DNA from: Ruditapes philippinarum
Lineage: Eukaryota
NCBI RefSeq assembly: GCF_026571515.1
Contig: NW_026854550.1
Coordinates: forward strand, 1-64,000
Direction: 5' to 3'
DNA length: 64,000 bases
Shown: in pieces, positions 1 to 12,649 of the stretch
How the letters are laid out: the number at the start of each line of letters is the position of its first letter
Position numbering within the stretch: position 1 is the first letter of the stretch
Notes under the pieces: generated by a model
What the model was told of the DNA's origin: nothing
The model's input: only the letters and a program-made list of their open reading frames with translations
The model's database searches: none
Made by a program: the position numbers and the translations under genes

Positions 1-3000
1 AAACAAGTTGTTATTAACTGAATTATAATTTTACGTATTTATGACTGTGCGATCTGGATCGAGTATCAAATCAGTAAGGCATGACCAATAAAGTCCCTAG
101 GATGATCCATAACAAAATTCGGACCATAAATATTTTGACAACTAACAAAAGTAATGTAATCTGATGTAATGTTATAACTCTAAAAAATGCAACCTGGTGA
201 TTTATGATATCACAGCCAAGTGCCGCTTGTATATACGACATATGTACCCTTTTAATTAATAAGTTACGGCCCAGTGGCGCTTATTTATCTATGAAATAAG
301 TTGCTGGGAAAAGGTCTTTAAAGAATAGATTTTAGAAGTTATCTTATTATCGTCTGTTGCGAATCTAAAATTATAAAAGTCAATGCCACATGGTTTTCGT
401 TCTTTCCGGAATATTTATAAAATTATATCCTTCACTGGTTCTTTGAAATATTTTTTATACGGCGTAATGAAAAAGAATCAGTAAGTATTGACAATATGCA
501 TTCTGTTATTGTTCTATTAAAGCTTGAAAAACAATCATTTAAAGACATTGGCAATCTTATTTTCAACACGGATTTATATTACTAATGTAATATAAATCCG
601 TGTTTTCAGGTTTGTCACAAATACGCCAGAATTTTCTAAATGACAGAAAATAACACAGAAAACTAGAAAATGGCCATTTAAATTTATAATAGGCAATTTC
701 GGTGTGTATAGGTGTTTGTAAAATATTAAAATTTGATTTAGTTACTAGCTTTTTATCCTGGCATTTGAGAAAATCTAGATCTAATAAAAAATATTCACTT
801 TGAAATTTCGCTGTTTCACTCCGTTGCGACATGTAAATTTATAAATCTGTGGTAATCTCAAACTTTGCTTTTGTATTTTTTTTCTATTGTCTTGATATTG
901 AATTTATGTATGCATGCCTTAATTTTTACATGTTATAATCATAATTGAACGATCAGTATTTACGCATTTAACTTTTCAATAAGCCAACTTTCTATGCGGC
1001 ATGCATAGTTTTATCCCCCATTTACGTCACATCCGGTAAGGGAAGTAACTCTTCACTGACTGTTATCGCTTAAATGAAAGGGTCTATAGGATGCCTTTTT
1101 TAAAAGTTAATATCTACATTTATAAAATTCACTCTATAAACAACGGTATAATAAAAAAAATATGCTTTAGAAATCTCTCTGCTTAATGTTACGACTTGTT
1201 AAACAAAACAATATCGGATAAAACAACATGGTCGCTCAACGGATAAGGTCAATTTCCTGGACAATCATTGGGTGAGGTCAACTCAGGTTAGCTTCAGTAT
1301 TTCAACATTTTAATTCAATGTAAAATTGATAAAATCAAGTTATGTCTATGCCATAGTTCGATTATTTAAAGTTACCTTGACCGAAAACTAAAATAATCTA
1401 GTTTGTTGATGAAAAAAAGAGTAGTAAAACCTTTGTATACATTTATCTAATAAATTGGCGGAAAATGTTTTCGTTTGTCACGACTTATTAAACGATGTCG
1501 TTATAAAAATACCCGGTCGGTCAAGGATAAGGTCAGCTACCCGGACAGTCATCGGGTGAGGTGAACTAAGGTCAGCTTTCTGATGAATTCAACGGGAAAG
1601 GTCACATTGGGATGATTTCAATTTTTAATAAATTTTAACAAGTACGTAAGTAACGACTTTAATTAATGAGGCTAGCACATTCGGTTTCCCGATTTTCCAT
1701 GTGGAGGTTTATCCTTCTTCTTCCAAAATAGTACCATCACAAATTGATTTTGAATTTTATTTTTGTCGAGTAATATTTATCTGTATAAATTCTAGTTTAT
1801 AAGTTAGTACTTTTAGCAGATCACATCTTTTTTTAGTAATTTCTTACAGCTGTGTTTAGATATTTACCTACTAATAAAAAATAAGAGCATAATGTTATAC
1901 AATAATTTAAGTATTGAATAGCTAAATTTAAAGGTAATACATATTTTATATAATTGTAATTGCGCGAATCTTTGTTATGCTTGTGGATATTTACATATAG
2001 AAGTTGTTTCATTTTATAAAAAATATGAGTTAATACACGATATTAACTTGAAATTTGTATTAATCAAAGAAGTCCCTTATTTAGGTACGAATACAAAAAC
2101 TTAAAACCATATTAAAATTAACAAAATGCTTTTTATAGTTTCAATTGTATATTAACTTTATGTTCAACACTTTAAATTTTATTTATTTATTTTATTTATT
2201 TATTTATTATTTTTGATAAATATTTATTGTTTTTGTAAAACGACCCTATTTCAATTGCTTCAAAGATAAACAAACAAAAATTGTCTACTCGATTTAGTTT
2301 CATTATTTATATTTAAACGACAACTTCCTCATATATTCGTAAATTATTAATTGCTCAATACTCATTGTTTTTGTAACATTATACTATTTCAATTGCACAA
2401 GGATAAACAAAAGAATTGTCTACTTGAATTAAGTTTCATTATTTTTATTTTTATGACAACTACCTCATATATTCGTAAATAAAAAACGTTAAATCATTCT
2501 TAGGTTTTTTTTTATGAGAACGACCTTTAAAATTTGTGATACTAACATTTCATATAAATTTACAAAGATGCGTAATAATTAATTGCAAGATACTGGTTTA
2601 TTAAAATAATTTTGATTTAAGCATTACTAAGATAAAGAAAAGAAAACAATATAAATCTATGTAATTAAAAAAAATGTAAAGGCATAAAAAATAAAAATTC
2701 TTTTGAATGTACAGGACTGTATACTATTTGTGTCTACAAAAATGCACTCTCAAAAAATCGTACATCACACCAATACTATTCAAGCTGGTAAAGTAATATG
2801 TTCAACTTGATACTTTTTAATTCATACTCTGCTTATCAAAAATTTTAAAAACCACAAAAAAAAACAACAAAAACAAGTTGTTATTAACTGAATTATAATT
2901 TTACGTATTTATGACTGTGCGATCTGGATCGAGTATCAAATCAGTAAGGCATGACCAATAAAGTCCCTAGGATGATCCATAACAAAATTCGGACCATAAA

Positions 3001-5443
3001 TATTTTGACAACTAACAAAAGTAATGTAATCTGATGTAATGTTATAACTCTAAAAAATGCACCCTGGTGATTTATGATATCACAGCCAAGTGCCGCTTGT
3101 ATATACGACATATGTACCCTTTTAATTAATAAGTTACGGCCCAGTGGCGCTTATTTATCTATGAAATAAGTTGCTGGGAAAAGGTCTTTAAAGAATAGAT
3201 TTTTAATATCAAAATTATCTTATTATCGTCTGTTGCGAATCTAAAATTATAAAAGTCAATGCCACATGGTTTTCGTTCTTTCCGGAATATTTATAAAATT
3301 ATATCCTTCACTGGTTCTTTGAAATATTTTTTATACGGCGTAATGAAAAAGAATCAGTAAGTATTGACAATATGCATTCTGTTATTGTTCTATTAAAGCT
3401 TGAAAAACAATCATTTAAAGACATTGGCAATCTTATTTTCAACACGGATTTATATTACTAATGTAATATAAATCCGTGTTTTCAGGTTTGTCACAAATAC
3501 GCCAGAATTTTCTAAATGACAGAAAATAACACAGAAAACTAGAAAATGGCCATTTAAATTTATAATAGGCAATTTCGGTGTGTATAGGTGTTTGTAAAAT
3601 ATTAAAATTTGATTTAGTTACTAGCTTTTTATCCTGGCATTTGAGAAAATCTAGATCTAATAAAAATATTCACTTTGAAATTTCGCTGTTTCACTCCGTT
3701 GCGACATGTAAATTTATAAATCTGTGGTAATCTCAAACTTTGCTTTTGTATTTTTTTTCTATTGTCTTGATATTGAATTTATGTATGCATGCCTTAATTT
3801 TTACATGTTATAATCATAATTGAACGATCAGTATTTACGCATTTAACTTTTCAATAAGCCAACTTTCTATGCGGCATGCATAGTTTTATCCCCCATTTAC
3901 GTCACATCCGGTAAGGGAAGTAACTCTTCACTGACTGTTATCGCTTAAATGAAAGGGTCTATAGGATGCCTTTTTTAAAAGTTAATATCTACATTTATAA
4001 AATTCACTCTATAAACAACGGTATAATAAAAAAATATGCTTTAGAAATCTCTCTGCTTAATGTTACGACTTGTTAAACAAAACAATATCGGATAAAACAA
4101 CATGGTCGCTCAACGGATAAGGTCAATTTCCTGGACAATCATTGGGTGAGGTCAACTCAGGTTAGCTTCAGTATTTCAACATTTTAATTCAATGTAAAAT
4201 TGATAAAATCAAGTTATGTCTATGCCATAGTTCGATTATTTAAAGTTACCTTGACCGAAAACTAAAATAATCTAGTTTGTTGATGAAAAAAAGAGTAGTA
4301 AAACCTTTGTATACATTTATCTAATAAATTGGCGGAAAATGTTTTCGTTTGTCACGACTTATTAAACGATGTCGTTATAAAAATACCCGGTCGGTCAAGG
4401 ATAAGGTCAGCTACCCGGACAGTCATCGGGTGAGGTGAACTAAGGTCAGCTTTCTGATGAATTCAACGGGAAAGGTCACATTGGGATGATTTCAATTTTT
4501 AATAAATTTTAACAAGTACGTAAGTAACGACTTTAATTAATGAGGCTAGCACATTCGGTTTCCCGATTTTCCATGTGGAGGTTTATCCTTCTTCTTCCAA
4601 AATAGTACCATCACAAATTGATTTTGAATTTTATTTTTGTCGAGTAATATTTATCTGTATAAATTCTAGTTTATAAGTTAGTACTTTTAGCAGATCACAT
4701 CTTTTTTTAGCAATTTCTTACAGCTGTGTTTAGATATTTACCTACTAATAAAAAATAAGAGCATAATGTTATACAATAATTTAAGTATTGAATAGCTAAA
4801 TTTAAAGGTAATACATATTTTATATAATTGTAATTGCGCGAATCTTTGTTATGCTTGTGGATATTTACATATAGAAGTTGTTTCATTTTATAAAAAATAT
4901 GAGTTAATACACGATATTAACTTGAAATTTGTATTAATCAAAGAATTCCCTTATTTAGGTACGAATACAAAAACTTAAAACCATATTAAAATTAACAAAA
5001 TGCTTTTTATAGTTTCAATTGTATATTAACTTTATGTTCAACACTTTAAATTTTATTTATTTATTTTATTTATTTATTTATTATTTTTGATAAATATTTA
5101 TTGTTTTTGTAAAACGACCCTTTTTCAATTGCTTCAAAGATAAACAAACAAAAATTGTCTACTCGATTTAGTTTCATTATTTATATTTAAACGACAACTT
5201 CCTCATATATTCGTAAATTATTAATTGCTCAATACTCATTGTTTTTGTAACATTATACTATTTCAATTGCACAAGGATAAACAAAAGAATTGTCTACTTG
5301 AATTAAGTTTCATTATTTTTATTTTTATGACAACTACCTCATATATTCGTAAATAAAAAACGTTAAATCATTCTTAGGTTTTTTTTATGAGAACGACCTT
5401 TAAAATTTGTGATACTAACATTTCATATAAATTTACAAAGATG
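1..5443. repeat. Tandem repeat, 2,870-bp unit (one full copy 1-2870, partial copy 2871-5443; may extend left of the window)
   Basis: Sequence at 1 (aaacaagttgttattaactg) recurs at 2871 and stays almost identical, with a few SNPs/short indels, until atttacaaagatg at ~5443. Each unit also holds a diverged ~140-bp internal duplication (~2224-2480). Confidence 0.97.
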
Positions 5444-5855
5444 TTATTAAGCATTAAATAAGAGCGTTGTTATTAATTACTGCAAATTGCTTTGTATATT
5501 TTCAATTTAATAATTATATGCTGTTGCTGTTGTTTTTTGTTTACAGTTCAGTTTTAAATAAAACATTTTGAAGAAGAAAGACTTTGTCTTATTTAAAGGA
5601 AAATAGTTTTTATCTTTATTTTTAACCCATATTTTGATAGGTTGGTCTCTACCTCGTCCGTAAAGGATGCGTAAAAGGTTAATCTTACGTTATATTAAAG
5701 TATTGTAAAGACAGACAGCTGACAACTAACATATTTAAATGATTAAGAAAGTCATTACTTTTGTTTAGTTTAATGTTTAAATGCTACAACATTATATTGC
5801 ATCATGCTGATCATGCCCTGCAGGGATGGCTGGTAATAACGGATCAGAATTGATT

Positions 5856-6047
5856 TTAATATGGTTGTTGGTTTAATGATAAGCTTTTTTTAAAATGATT
5901 ATCGAAGCATGTTTTCCAGGGTTTTATAATGAGTAAATAACCATTAGAAAGTTTACATTTCATTTTTAAATTCGAGCGGGAAATGAAAAGTATTTCTTTG
6001 GCTTTATTCAATGTATAAGTGATAAAATTAAGTTGTCCCTGTGTCAT
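5856..6047 (-). CDS. Small ORF (63 aa), paralogue of 6539-6757, unknown function
   Basis: MTQGQLNFITYTLNK...SRSNLKMKCKLSNGYLLIIKPWK aligns without gaps over ~45 aa with the 6539-6757 ORF. Confidence 0.45.
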   Translation of the reverse strand: MTQGQLNFITYTLNKAKEILFISRSNLKMKCKLSNGYLLIIKPWKTCFDNHFKKSLSLNQQPY

Positions 6048-6538
6048 TGTTGAATTATATAAAGTACGAAAACATATGATTAAGTAAGTTGACGGATAAA
6101 GAGTAAAAACTTTTTTTAAATTTATATTATAAATTAGCGGACAAATATTAACTCGTTTGTCACGACTTGATGAACAAAATCGGAAAAACTACCTGGGTAG
6201 TCGATAGATAAGGTCAGCTACCCGGACAGGCATATTAACTCGTTCGTCATGACCTGATGAACAAAATCGGAAAAACTAGCTGGGTAGTCTAATACTGGTT
6301 GTTCATTGAGGTTCACCTGCTAAATTGTCAGAAGTCAATGTATGATAATATAAGGTCAAACACAAGTCACCAATAAGACCTCTAATAAGTATTTATAATA
6401 TGGTACATTATATTTCTAAAGCTATTTTATGGAATAAAGTGATTTTATTTTAAAGTGGGTTTATATATATAAATAAACTATGAATTTTGTAGGGTTTTAT
6501 TATTGAATAGCACTACATTATCTTTCTAATAGGTAATA

Positions 6539-6757
6539 TCAATGGTTTACAACACTAACAATTGCAAAAAAAAAAAATCTTGTTTGTTTCCCCTCCTTTT
6601 CTAAAATGATTATAGGAGCTTCTTTCCAGGGTTTTATAGTGAGCAAATAACAATTAGAAAGTTTACATTTCACTTTTAAATTCGAGCGAGAAATAGAAAG
6701 TATTTCTATATCTTTATTCAATGTAAAATTGATGAAATCAAGTTGTGCCTGTGTCAT
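6539..6757 (-). CDS. Small ORF (72 aa), paralogue of 5856-6047, unknown function
   Basis: MTQAQLDFINFTLNK...SRSNLKVKCKLSNCYLLTIKPWK. Stop-riddled remnants (LDFINFTLN) also occur at ~1298-1354 and ~4172-4228. Confidence 0.45.
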   Translation of the reverse strand: MTQAQLDFINFTLNKDIEILSISRSNLKVKCKLSNCYLLTIKPWKEAPIIILEKEGKQTRFFFFAIVSVVNH

Positions 6758-7715
6758 TGTTAAATTAAATAAAGTACCCTAATTGAAAACATGTGATTAA
6801 GTAAAAACTTTTTATAAATATACATTATAAATTGACGGAAAATATTAACTCATTCGTCATGACCTGATGAACAAAATCGGAAAAACTAGCTGGGCAGTCG
6901 ATGTTTAAGTTGACGGAAAATATTAACTCGCTCGTCATCGCCTGATGAACAAAATCGGAAAATCTAGCTGGGTCGATGGTTAAGGTCAGCTACGTGGACA
7001 AACATCTGGGCAGTCAGCGGATAGGCTCATTAAGGGGCATCAGATAAGGCCATCAAAAGGTCACCGGATCAACGGAACCCCAGTTTTCTACTACTCATCG
7101 GCACCGTCTGATCATGGTTAGCACTGATAAATTTTCAGTCAATATATACTTATCTAGATATTTTCCTTTAAAATGATGTATGATTTTGTTTCGGCTGAAA
7201 GCTAGACACGCCCATTTATAATTTAGGTTAAAAGAACATAAACTTAGACCTACAATAACATATTTTGGTTGGCTCCGACGTAAATGACGTTGACGTCATT
7301 TCATAAAACAAAAGTATTGTCACTCTATAATACTGTCTTTCAATGATCGTCTTTCAATAGCTTTTATTTATAGATTTTTTTTTAAATTTTGCTTGTTTTT
7401 CTCAATAACGCTCTAATACTGGCCGCTAATTTAGACTTCATGAGCTATTTACCTCTTTTGACTTGAACCGCATTTAACGTTTTCGGTGAAAAGTTTATGT
7501 CATAATCGATAAATTTGGTAAATTCATCTTGATTTTCTGATGACAGCAGGAAACTCGTGACTATACCTCAATGTTAAAAATATATCGCCGCCGGCAACTC
7601 GATGATTTCCCGACGAACTATCCAATCATTTAACTTTCTAATGATATGAAATTATAGATATTGATATTATTTTTTGACCGTCTTAAGTGAATTGTGGATA
7701 AAGATAAAATACTAT

Positions 7716-8226
7716 AGTCAAGTCAAGTCAAAAGATTTATTCAGTAAATAAAGGCCACCGGCCCAAAATACATGTCATACAAAATATGATATTTAACATT
7801 ATAAGGTTGTGTCTTTTACAAGTTTTGACAATCATTACATTTAAATGCTACTGTGCTATAGATATCATGAGGTGGTAAATATAAGTAGAGATTTTCTTAA
7901 TTATAAAAATATCATTTGATGAGAGTAGTTCATAAAAGTTATGTAATTCATTTCCGGAATTATACCAGTTTAGTAAATAGGTATTTCTAATTTCTAAATA
8001 TTTTTTACAATGAAAAAAAGCATGATATTCACAGTCAATATGATAAGTTAAATGATTTTCAAGACAAAAGTTGCAAAAGCGTTCTTGAAAAGGTATATTT
8101 AAATGCCTACCGATTTCAACATTAAGTTTGTGATTTGAACATCGAAATTTAGCATATGCTTTCTTATGTTTTACAGGGATTTCTATAAGAAGATACCGTT
8201 CTACATTTAATAAGCTTTTAAAATTA
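7716..8226 (-). mobile_element. 5'-truncated LINE 3' fragment (RTE-X-like C-terminal zinc finger)
   Basis: Minus strand encodes FKSLLNVERYL...AKFRCSNHKLNVEIGRH...ERFCNFC...EYHAFFHC, followed by AATAAA and a (GACTT)n tail at 7716-7741. Confidence 0.85.
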
Positions 8227-9730
8227 CTGCGTAATTTATTACATGTCTGTTTGTTCGTTAAATATTGACTGCGGAATTTGGAACGTTCTAAAAGATTTAC
8301 TTAAACAACGTAAAATTAAAAACGTCAATATTTTGCTTAACGGATGAAAATGAAATGACTAACAGTAACAACAAGTTACAACATCTTAAATTATAATAAC
8401 AACGATAAACAAATTTGAAAAAAAAGCTAGAAAACAGAAAACATAACGTTACTAATTCTTAGATAAAACAAAGAAAAGTATTTGGATTAATTCGACATTC
8501 AGTAAAAAAAAGATATTTTCAAATCAGTTACTAGTTGAATTAAAAATGAAGTTTATGAAATCGTGCTAAACTAAACACATAAAATCAAACACTTAAGGAC
8601 GCTGCGTAAACAATGGAACCAATTGCACTGGCAAGAAAGGGTAAAAAGAAGAAAGGAAAGGAAAACAAGGACGAAAATACTGATGAAAATATAAAGAAAA
8701 GACCGGAAAGAAACGATTTTCCACGGTTTCCAACTTAAGTTGATATAATGTTGGAAATAGTGGGCAGAAATGTAGATCTTATACAAACTTGTACAATGGG
8801 TAAAAAAAGTAATCAATTTTTACCATCAGTCTTATAGCCTGTGTTAAATTTGTGCTTGGTACATATAGTGATTGATAAATCTTCTCAAACACTTATTTAA
8901 GATAGTATTTCGGATTGAAATATTTTCCCGAAATTTGTGTATCATTTGATGTAAGTTAGGTGTAATAATTTCCGTGCAAATTCTCAAATCATTCTTTTAC
9001 GCAGTTTTTAGCAAGAATCAACAAAAACAACCGATATTCTATGTAATACTGATTATATTTCTTAATTATTCTTTTACAGAACTTTTTTTCCAGTTTAAGG
9101 GATTCACAGTGTTACATTTGACAAGACTTTAAGTTTCATTTTGAAATATACAAACTATACAAACGATGTTAATCTTTTTCCCGCCTAAAAACAAAAACAT
9201 AACAAACATTTACATGACAACTGTAAAACATTTCCGTTGAAAATAGGGACGTGTCCCATGCAAAACAGTAGTTCTGGTACACTTAAAATAAATGTAAAGT
9301 TAATTATGCGTGTTTTGGACCAAATTACATGTTTTTATTATATAAGAGAAAATGAAATTCATTTAGGATATATGATTGAGTCTACATTATTTTGTATTTA
9401 TTATCTATTATCAGTTATTACACTGTTTGACATACTGCAAGTTACCAAAGTCCCATGTACTGTAACATTATTATTTCTGTAAATGAAATCCATATAAACA
9501 AAATACATGTAATTATTTTTAATAGTTATTGTCAAGGTAAATAGTGTCGTGTTCCTTCGAGAGATTTCGCGAGATGTTACGTCTGGACAGACGTGCATAT
9601 ATTACTGATCATCTTATTATTTGAAAACAATGTACGTGCACGTCCCTGCAGTGAAAATTTATACACCGACCTCCACCCAAACTTTAGAACAAGCATAGCT
9701 TTTCAAACACTATTTTTGTTCTATCTTCAG

Positions 9731-9854
9731 ACATAAGGGGACGGGACAGGACGTGTTGTAACTCAGCTAGCAGATGTTTTGATGATGTGAAAGGAGTTGT
9801 TGATGAGTTAGTCAACACACCAGTAGATGCTTTCTCTCGCATGTCGGCATGCAG
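9731..9854 (+). CDS. Receptor gene 1, Cys-containing ectodomain exon (first identifiable exon; signal-peptide exon not located)
   Basis: ttcag| acceptor and |gttaaa donor; encodes IRGRDRTCCNSASRCFDDVKGVVDELVNTPVDAFSRMSAC; phase 2 end matches the next exon. Confidence 0.7.
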
Positions 9855-10524
9855 GTTAAATATCATATTCATTTTAATTATATAAAAGTAATATCCACAT
9901 GGTGTTTAGTGTTAACACATTGTCATAACTCTGAACATCTGTTTAATTATGTTATATCTTAATACAAAGCTACGTTTTTGTTGTTAAATCAAAGTAACAA
10001 GTGTCAATTTAAATAAGCCTTTCACTTTTAGCTATGTTACGCACGTCTAGTTTTATATTAAAATATCTACACCAATAATACACTCATATCATATAACTGA
10101 TGTAAATGGATCGTTTGTTACCTGTTTTCTATCTTTCAACTGTTCATCATGCAAAAATACTTTGAAAATGTACCAATCCCTGTTTATATGCAAAGAAATA
10201 AAATACATGGCTTTTATAGTTCATTAATATGCCTGAAGGTATAAAAACTTAACTAATAATATCTAAATGTACAAATGTTTATTAAATCCGTAAAACTCGT
10301 TTGAATTTGATCTTGGACGAACATATCAGTATTTTTAATTTATTTAGAAAGCAGTTGAGGTGACACAGATATTTATTATTTTCATTGCTAGTTAAATATT
10401 TATTAGGCGCTGGAAAAAGGCGAAATATCCCAAAGTTTTCCGAACTTTAGATCAATGTAATACTTAAAGTTTGAGTCACATATATGGTCTCAGAGTCGGT
10501 ATGGTCTTAACTTTTACTTTTCAG

Positions 10525-10745
10525 AAAAGTAAGCGCAGAGTTGAAAAGAGACAAAGTTTGTGTTCAGCGTTCACTATCTCGCTGTGGCGGCCCGGACAGG
10601 ATCATCTTACAGAGAAGGTTCGATAACCGTGTAGACAGACTGTATAACCAGTTTTATAAACACTGTAGCATACGTCCAACAAATACATCATCAACCACCA
10701 CCCAAATAACGCCAACTACAACACTAGGAGGTTCCAGGATTTCTG
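10525..10745 (+). CDS. Receptor gene 1, ectodomain/Thr-rich stalk exon
   Basis: tttcag| ... |gtatgt; KVSAELKRDKVCVQRSLSRC...KHCSIRPTNTSSTTTQITPTTT; phases 2/1 consistent with neighbouring exons. Confidence 0.8.
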
Positions 10746-11124
10746 GTATGTACTGTATGCTAAATTCCCCATCATTCTAGTACAAGTAAACAGGGAACCG
10801 TGTTTTTTTATTTATTAAAAGCGATTGGTGTTACATGTATTTGTTAATATTGTATTATTTCACACTGAACCATAAAACCATTTATAGATGGAAATAAATT
10901 GTGTTGCAATTTATAAATGACGTCACTAGTAGTTTGTAACCAGTCTTTTAACTGAACAATATCTGTCAGTTACCTCAAAGATACTTTTAAGTCGCCTTTT
11001 CTTTGCTGTTTATTACATTGTTTTCCAAAAAATTAAAGAATTCTTTTGCATGTGTGTTCACGTTGGAACATTTGTAAACGCTGCCATAGAATTTTATTTT
11101 AAACATTTACAAATGTCATTGAAG

Positions 11125-11386
11125 GTATAACACGAAAAGAGGAGACCACCCCTGATCCTCATATTCCATCAGCGGTACAGCCCACATCATCATGGACCAA
11201 CGCATTTCCGGAAGTTACTCCACATGATCATAGAGGACACAGTCATGGAGGACATACCGTAGGTGGCGCTGAGCATACCCCTTCTACTTCCGGTGCAATA
11301 ATCGCCGGGGCGTTAACAGGCGGTATAGTTCTGGGATTGGTTCTTTCCGTGGCAGTGATATTATGGTGCAATAACAGACGAGACAA
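11125..11386 (+). CDS. Receptor gene 1, stalk + transmembrane exon
   Basis: Open frame with hydrophobic AIIAGALTGGIVLGLVLSVAVILWC followed by NNRRD; donor |gtaagt, phase 2. Confidence 0.85.
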
Positions 11387-11850
11387 GTAAGTGAGATGAA
11401 GGAATGCACATAAATCAATTATAATTGTTCAAAAGTAAATTGAGACGAATGTTAAATTGTTAATAAAAGGAATGCCGAAATCATCCAAACCAACCAATTT
11501 TGTAAACTCTAATCTACAGAACATAAATATTATAAAAGTGTACAGTATATATCTGAGAATACATATTTTAAGAATATGATTGGTTTGTTCAAGTAACAAG
11601 TCTAAAAGGGGCATAATAATATGTAAATACTCCCACACACGCATGCCTATATACATTTTCCGGATTTACAAGATAAACGTGTATTCAGTGAACGTTATTC
11701 AGAACCACGTCTTGACTTGCCTCTAACTTAAACCGCATCCAGCAAATTTTATGATTCCTTCAGCAGTAAAGAAAGCAAACCATTGTGTCGATAATTCTTT
11801 GAGATTTCCATAAAACTCTATTTTAAATTTTTTTTTGTTAATAATTTCAG

Positions 11851-12004
11851 GAATGGTTCGACTGGCTCGTCGGATAGTGCTGGCATTTTCTTTCAGAAGC
11901 GACCAAACATGATCCCTACGGAGAGACCACGTGCAGAAAACAACAACAAACCGTCTGTAACCAGACAAGAATCCACAATATATGCCGAAATAGATGAAGC
12001 CATG
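11851..12004 (+). CDS. Receptor gene 1, cytoplasmic exon with ITSM-like TIYAEI
   Basis: tttcag| ... |gtaagt; NGSTGSSDSAGIFFQKRP...ESTIYAEIDEAM; phases 2/0. Confidence 0.85.
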
Positions 12005-12439
12005 GTAAGTAATGACACACACACACACACACACAAAATAATAATAATAATAATAATAAAGAATAAATCGAAATTATTCATTAAATGATTTAATTCTCAA
12101 AGACAGTTTTTATGTGTGAGTTTTTTTAAACAAATTGAAATTGATGTGTCACTTTTGTGATTATTATAATTTTGCATATATTGCTGGTTTTCATTGGAAA
12201 ATTAAGACGATTATAATTATCTATATACACGACCGCTCAAAATATGAATTATATTTTTCTTTCATTAAACCGTCATAATTATATCTTTATAACTAATAAT
12301 TATTCTCTGTAACCAAAAGCATTTTCGAATTAAAAAACATTGAAAGAAATTTAAGCGGTCTTTTGTATTGTCATTCCTTTATATGCTTTTGAAGTATAAT
12401 TTGAATTATAAACGTATATATATATCACACTTTTTGTAG

Positions 12440-12649
12440 GTTAATCCTGGATACAAACCTCCCGTTCCTGACACTCATATGGGTTACCTCAATCCTGTAA
12501 GCGACGGAGATCCAGATTCATACACACCACCGCCAACTTCCGGTCGGGCAGCCAATGCTCCAGCGGTCACCACTCGCGGTCAGCTCAGTTATGGACCAAT
12601 ACTGGCAGCTAATGGTGGACCTGGACAAAACAAACACCTGTTTTACGAA
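12440..12649 (+). CDS. Receptor gene 1, 5' half of terminal exon (interrupted by LINE)
   Basis: tttgtag| acceptor; VNPGYKPPVPDTHMGYLNPV...LSYGPI...KHLFYE, then the LINE tail begins. Confidence 0.8.

Larger units (their letters stand above)
5444..7095 (-). mobile_element. Putative Polinton/Maverick-like terminal region
   Basis: Ends in ...ttttctactact at 7095 (5'-AGTAGTAGAAAA on the minus strand, resembling Polinton (AGT)n termini). Preceded by a GC-richer block of internally repeated ~65-bp motifs (6130-6290, 6830-6990). No polB/integrase ORF in the window. Confidence 0.4.

Noticed and set aside
6250-6292. Hammerhead-like CTGATGA...GAAA...GTC in the terminal repeats (also ~6864, ~6942, 1580, 7538)
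   Set aside because: No stem II pairing, extra As between GAAA and stem III, and no stem I; does not fit the hammerhead core.
9237-9482. Candidate signal-peptide exon for gene 1 (MIESTLFCIYYLLSVITLF)
   Set aside because: No phase-1 GT donor found to join it to exon 9731; left unassigned.
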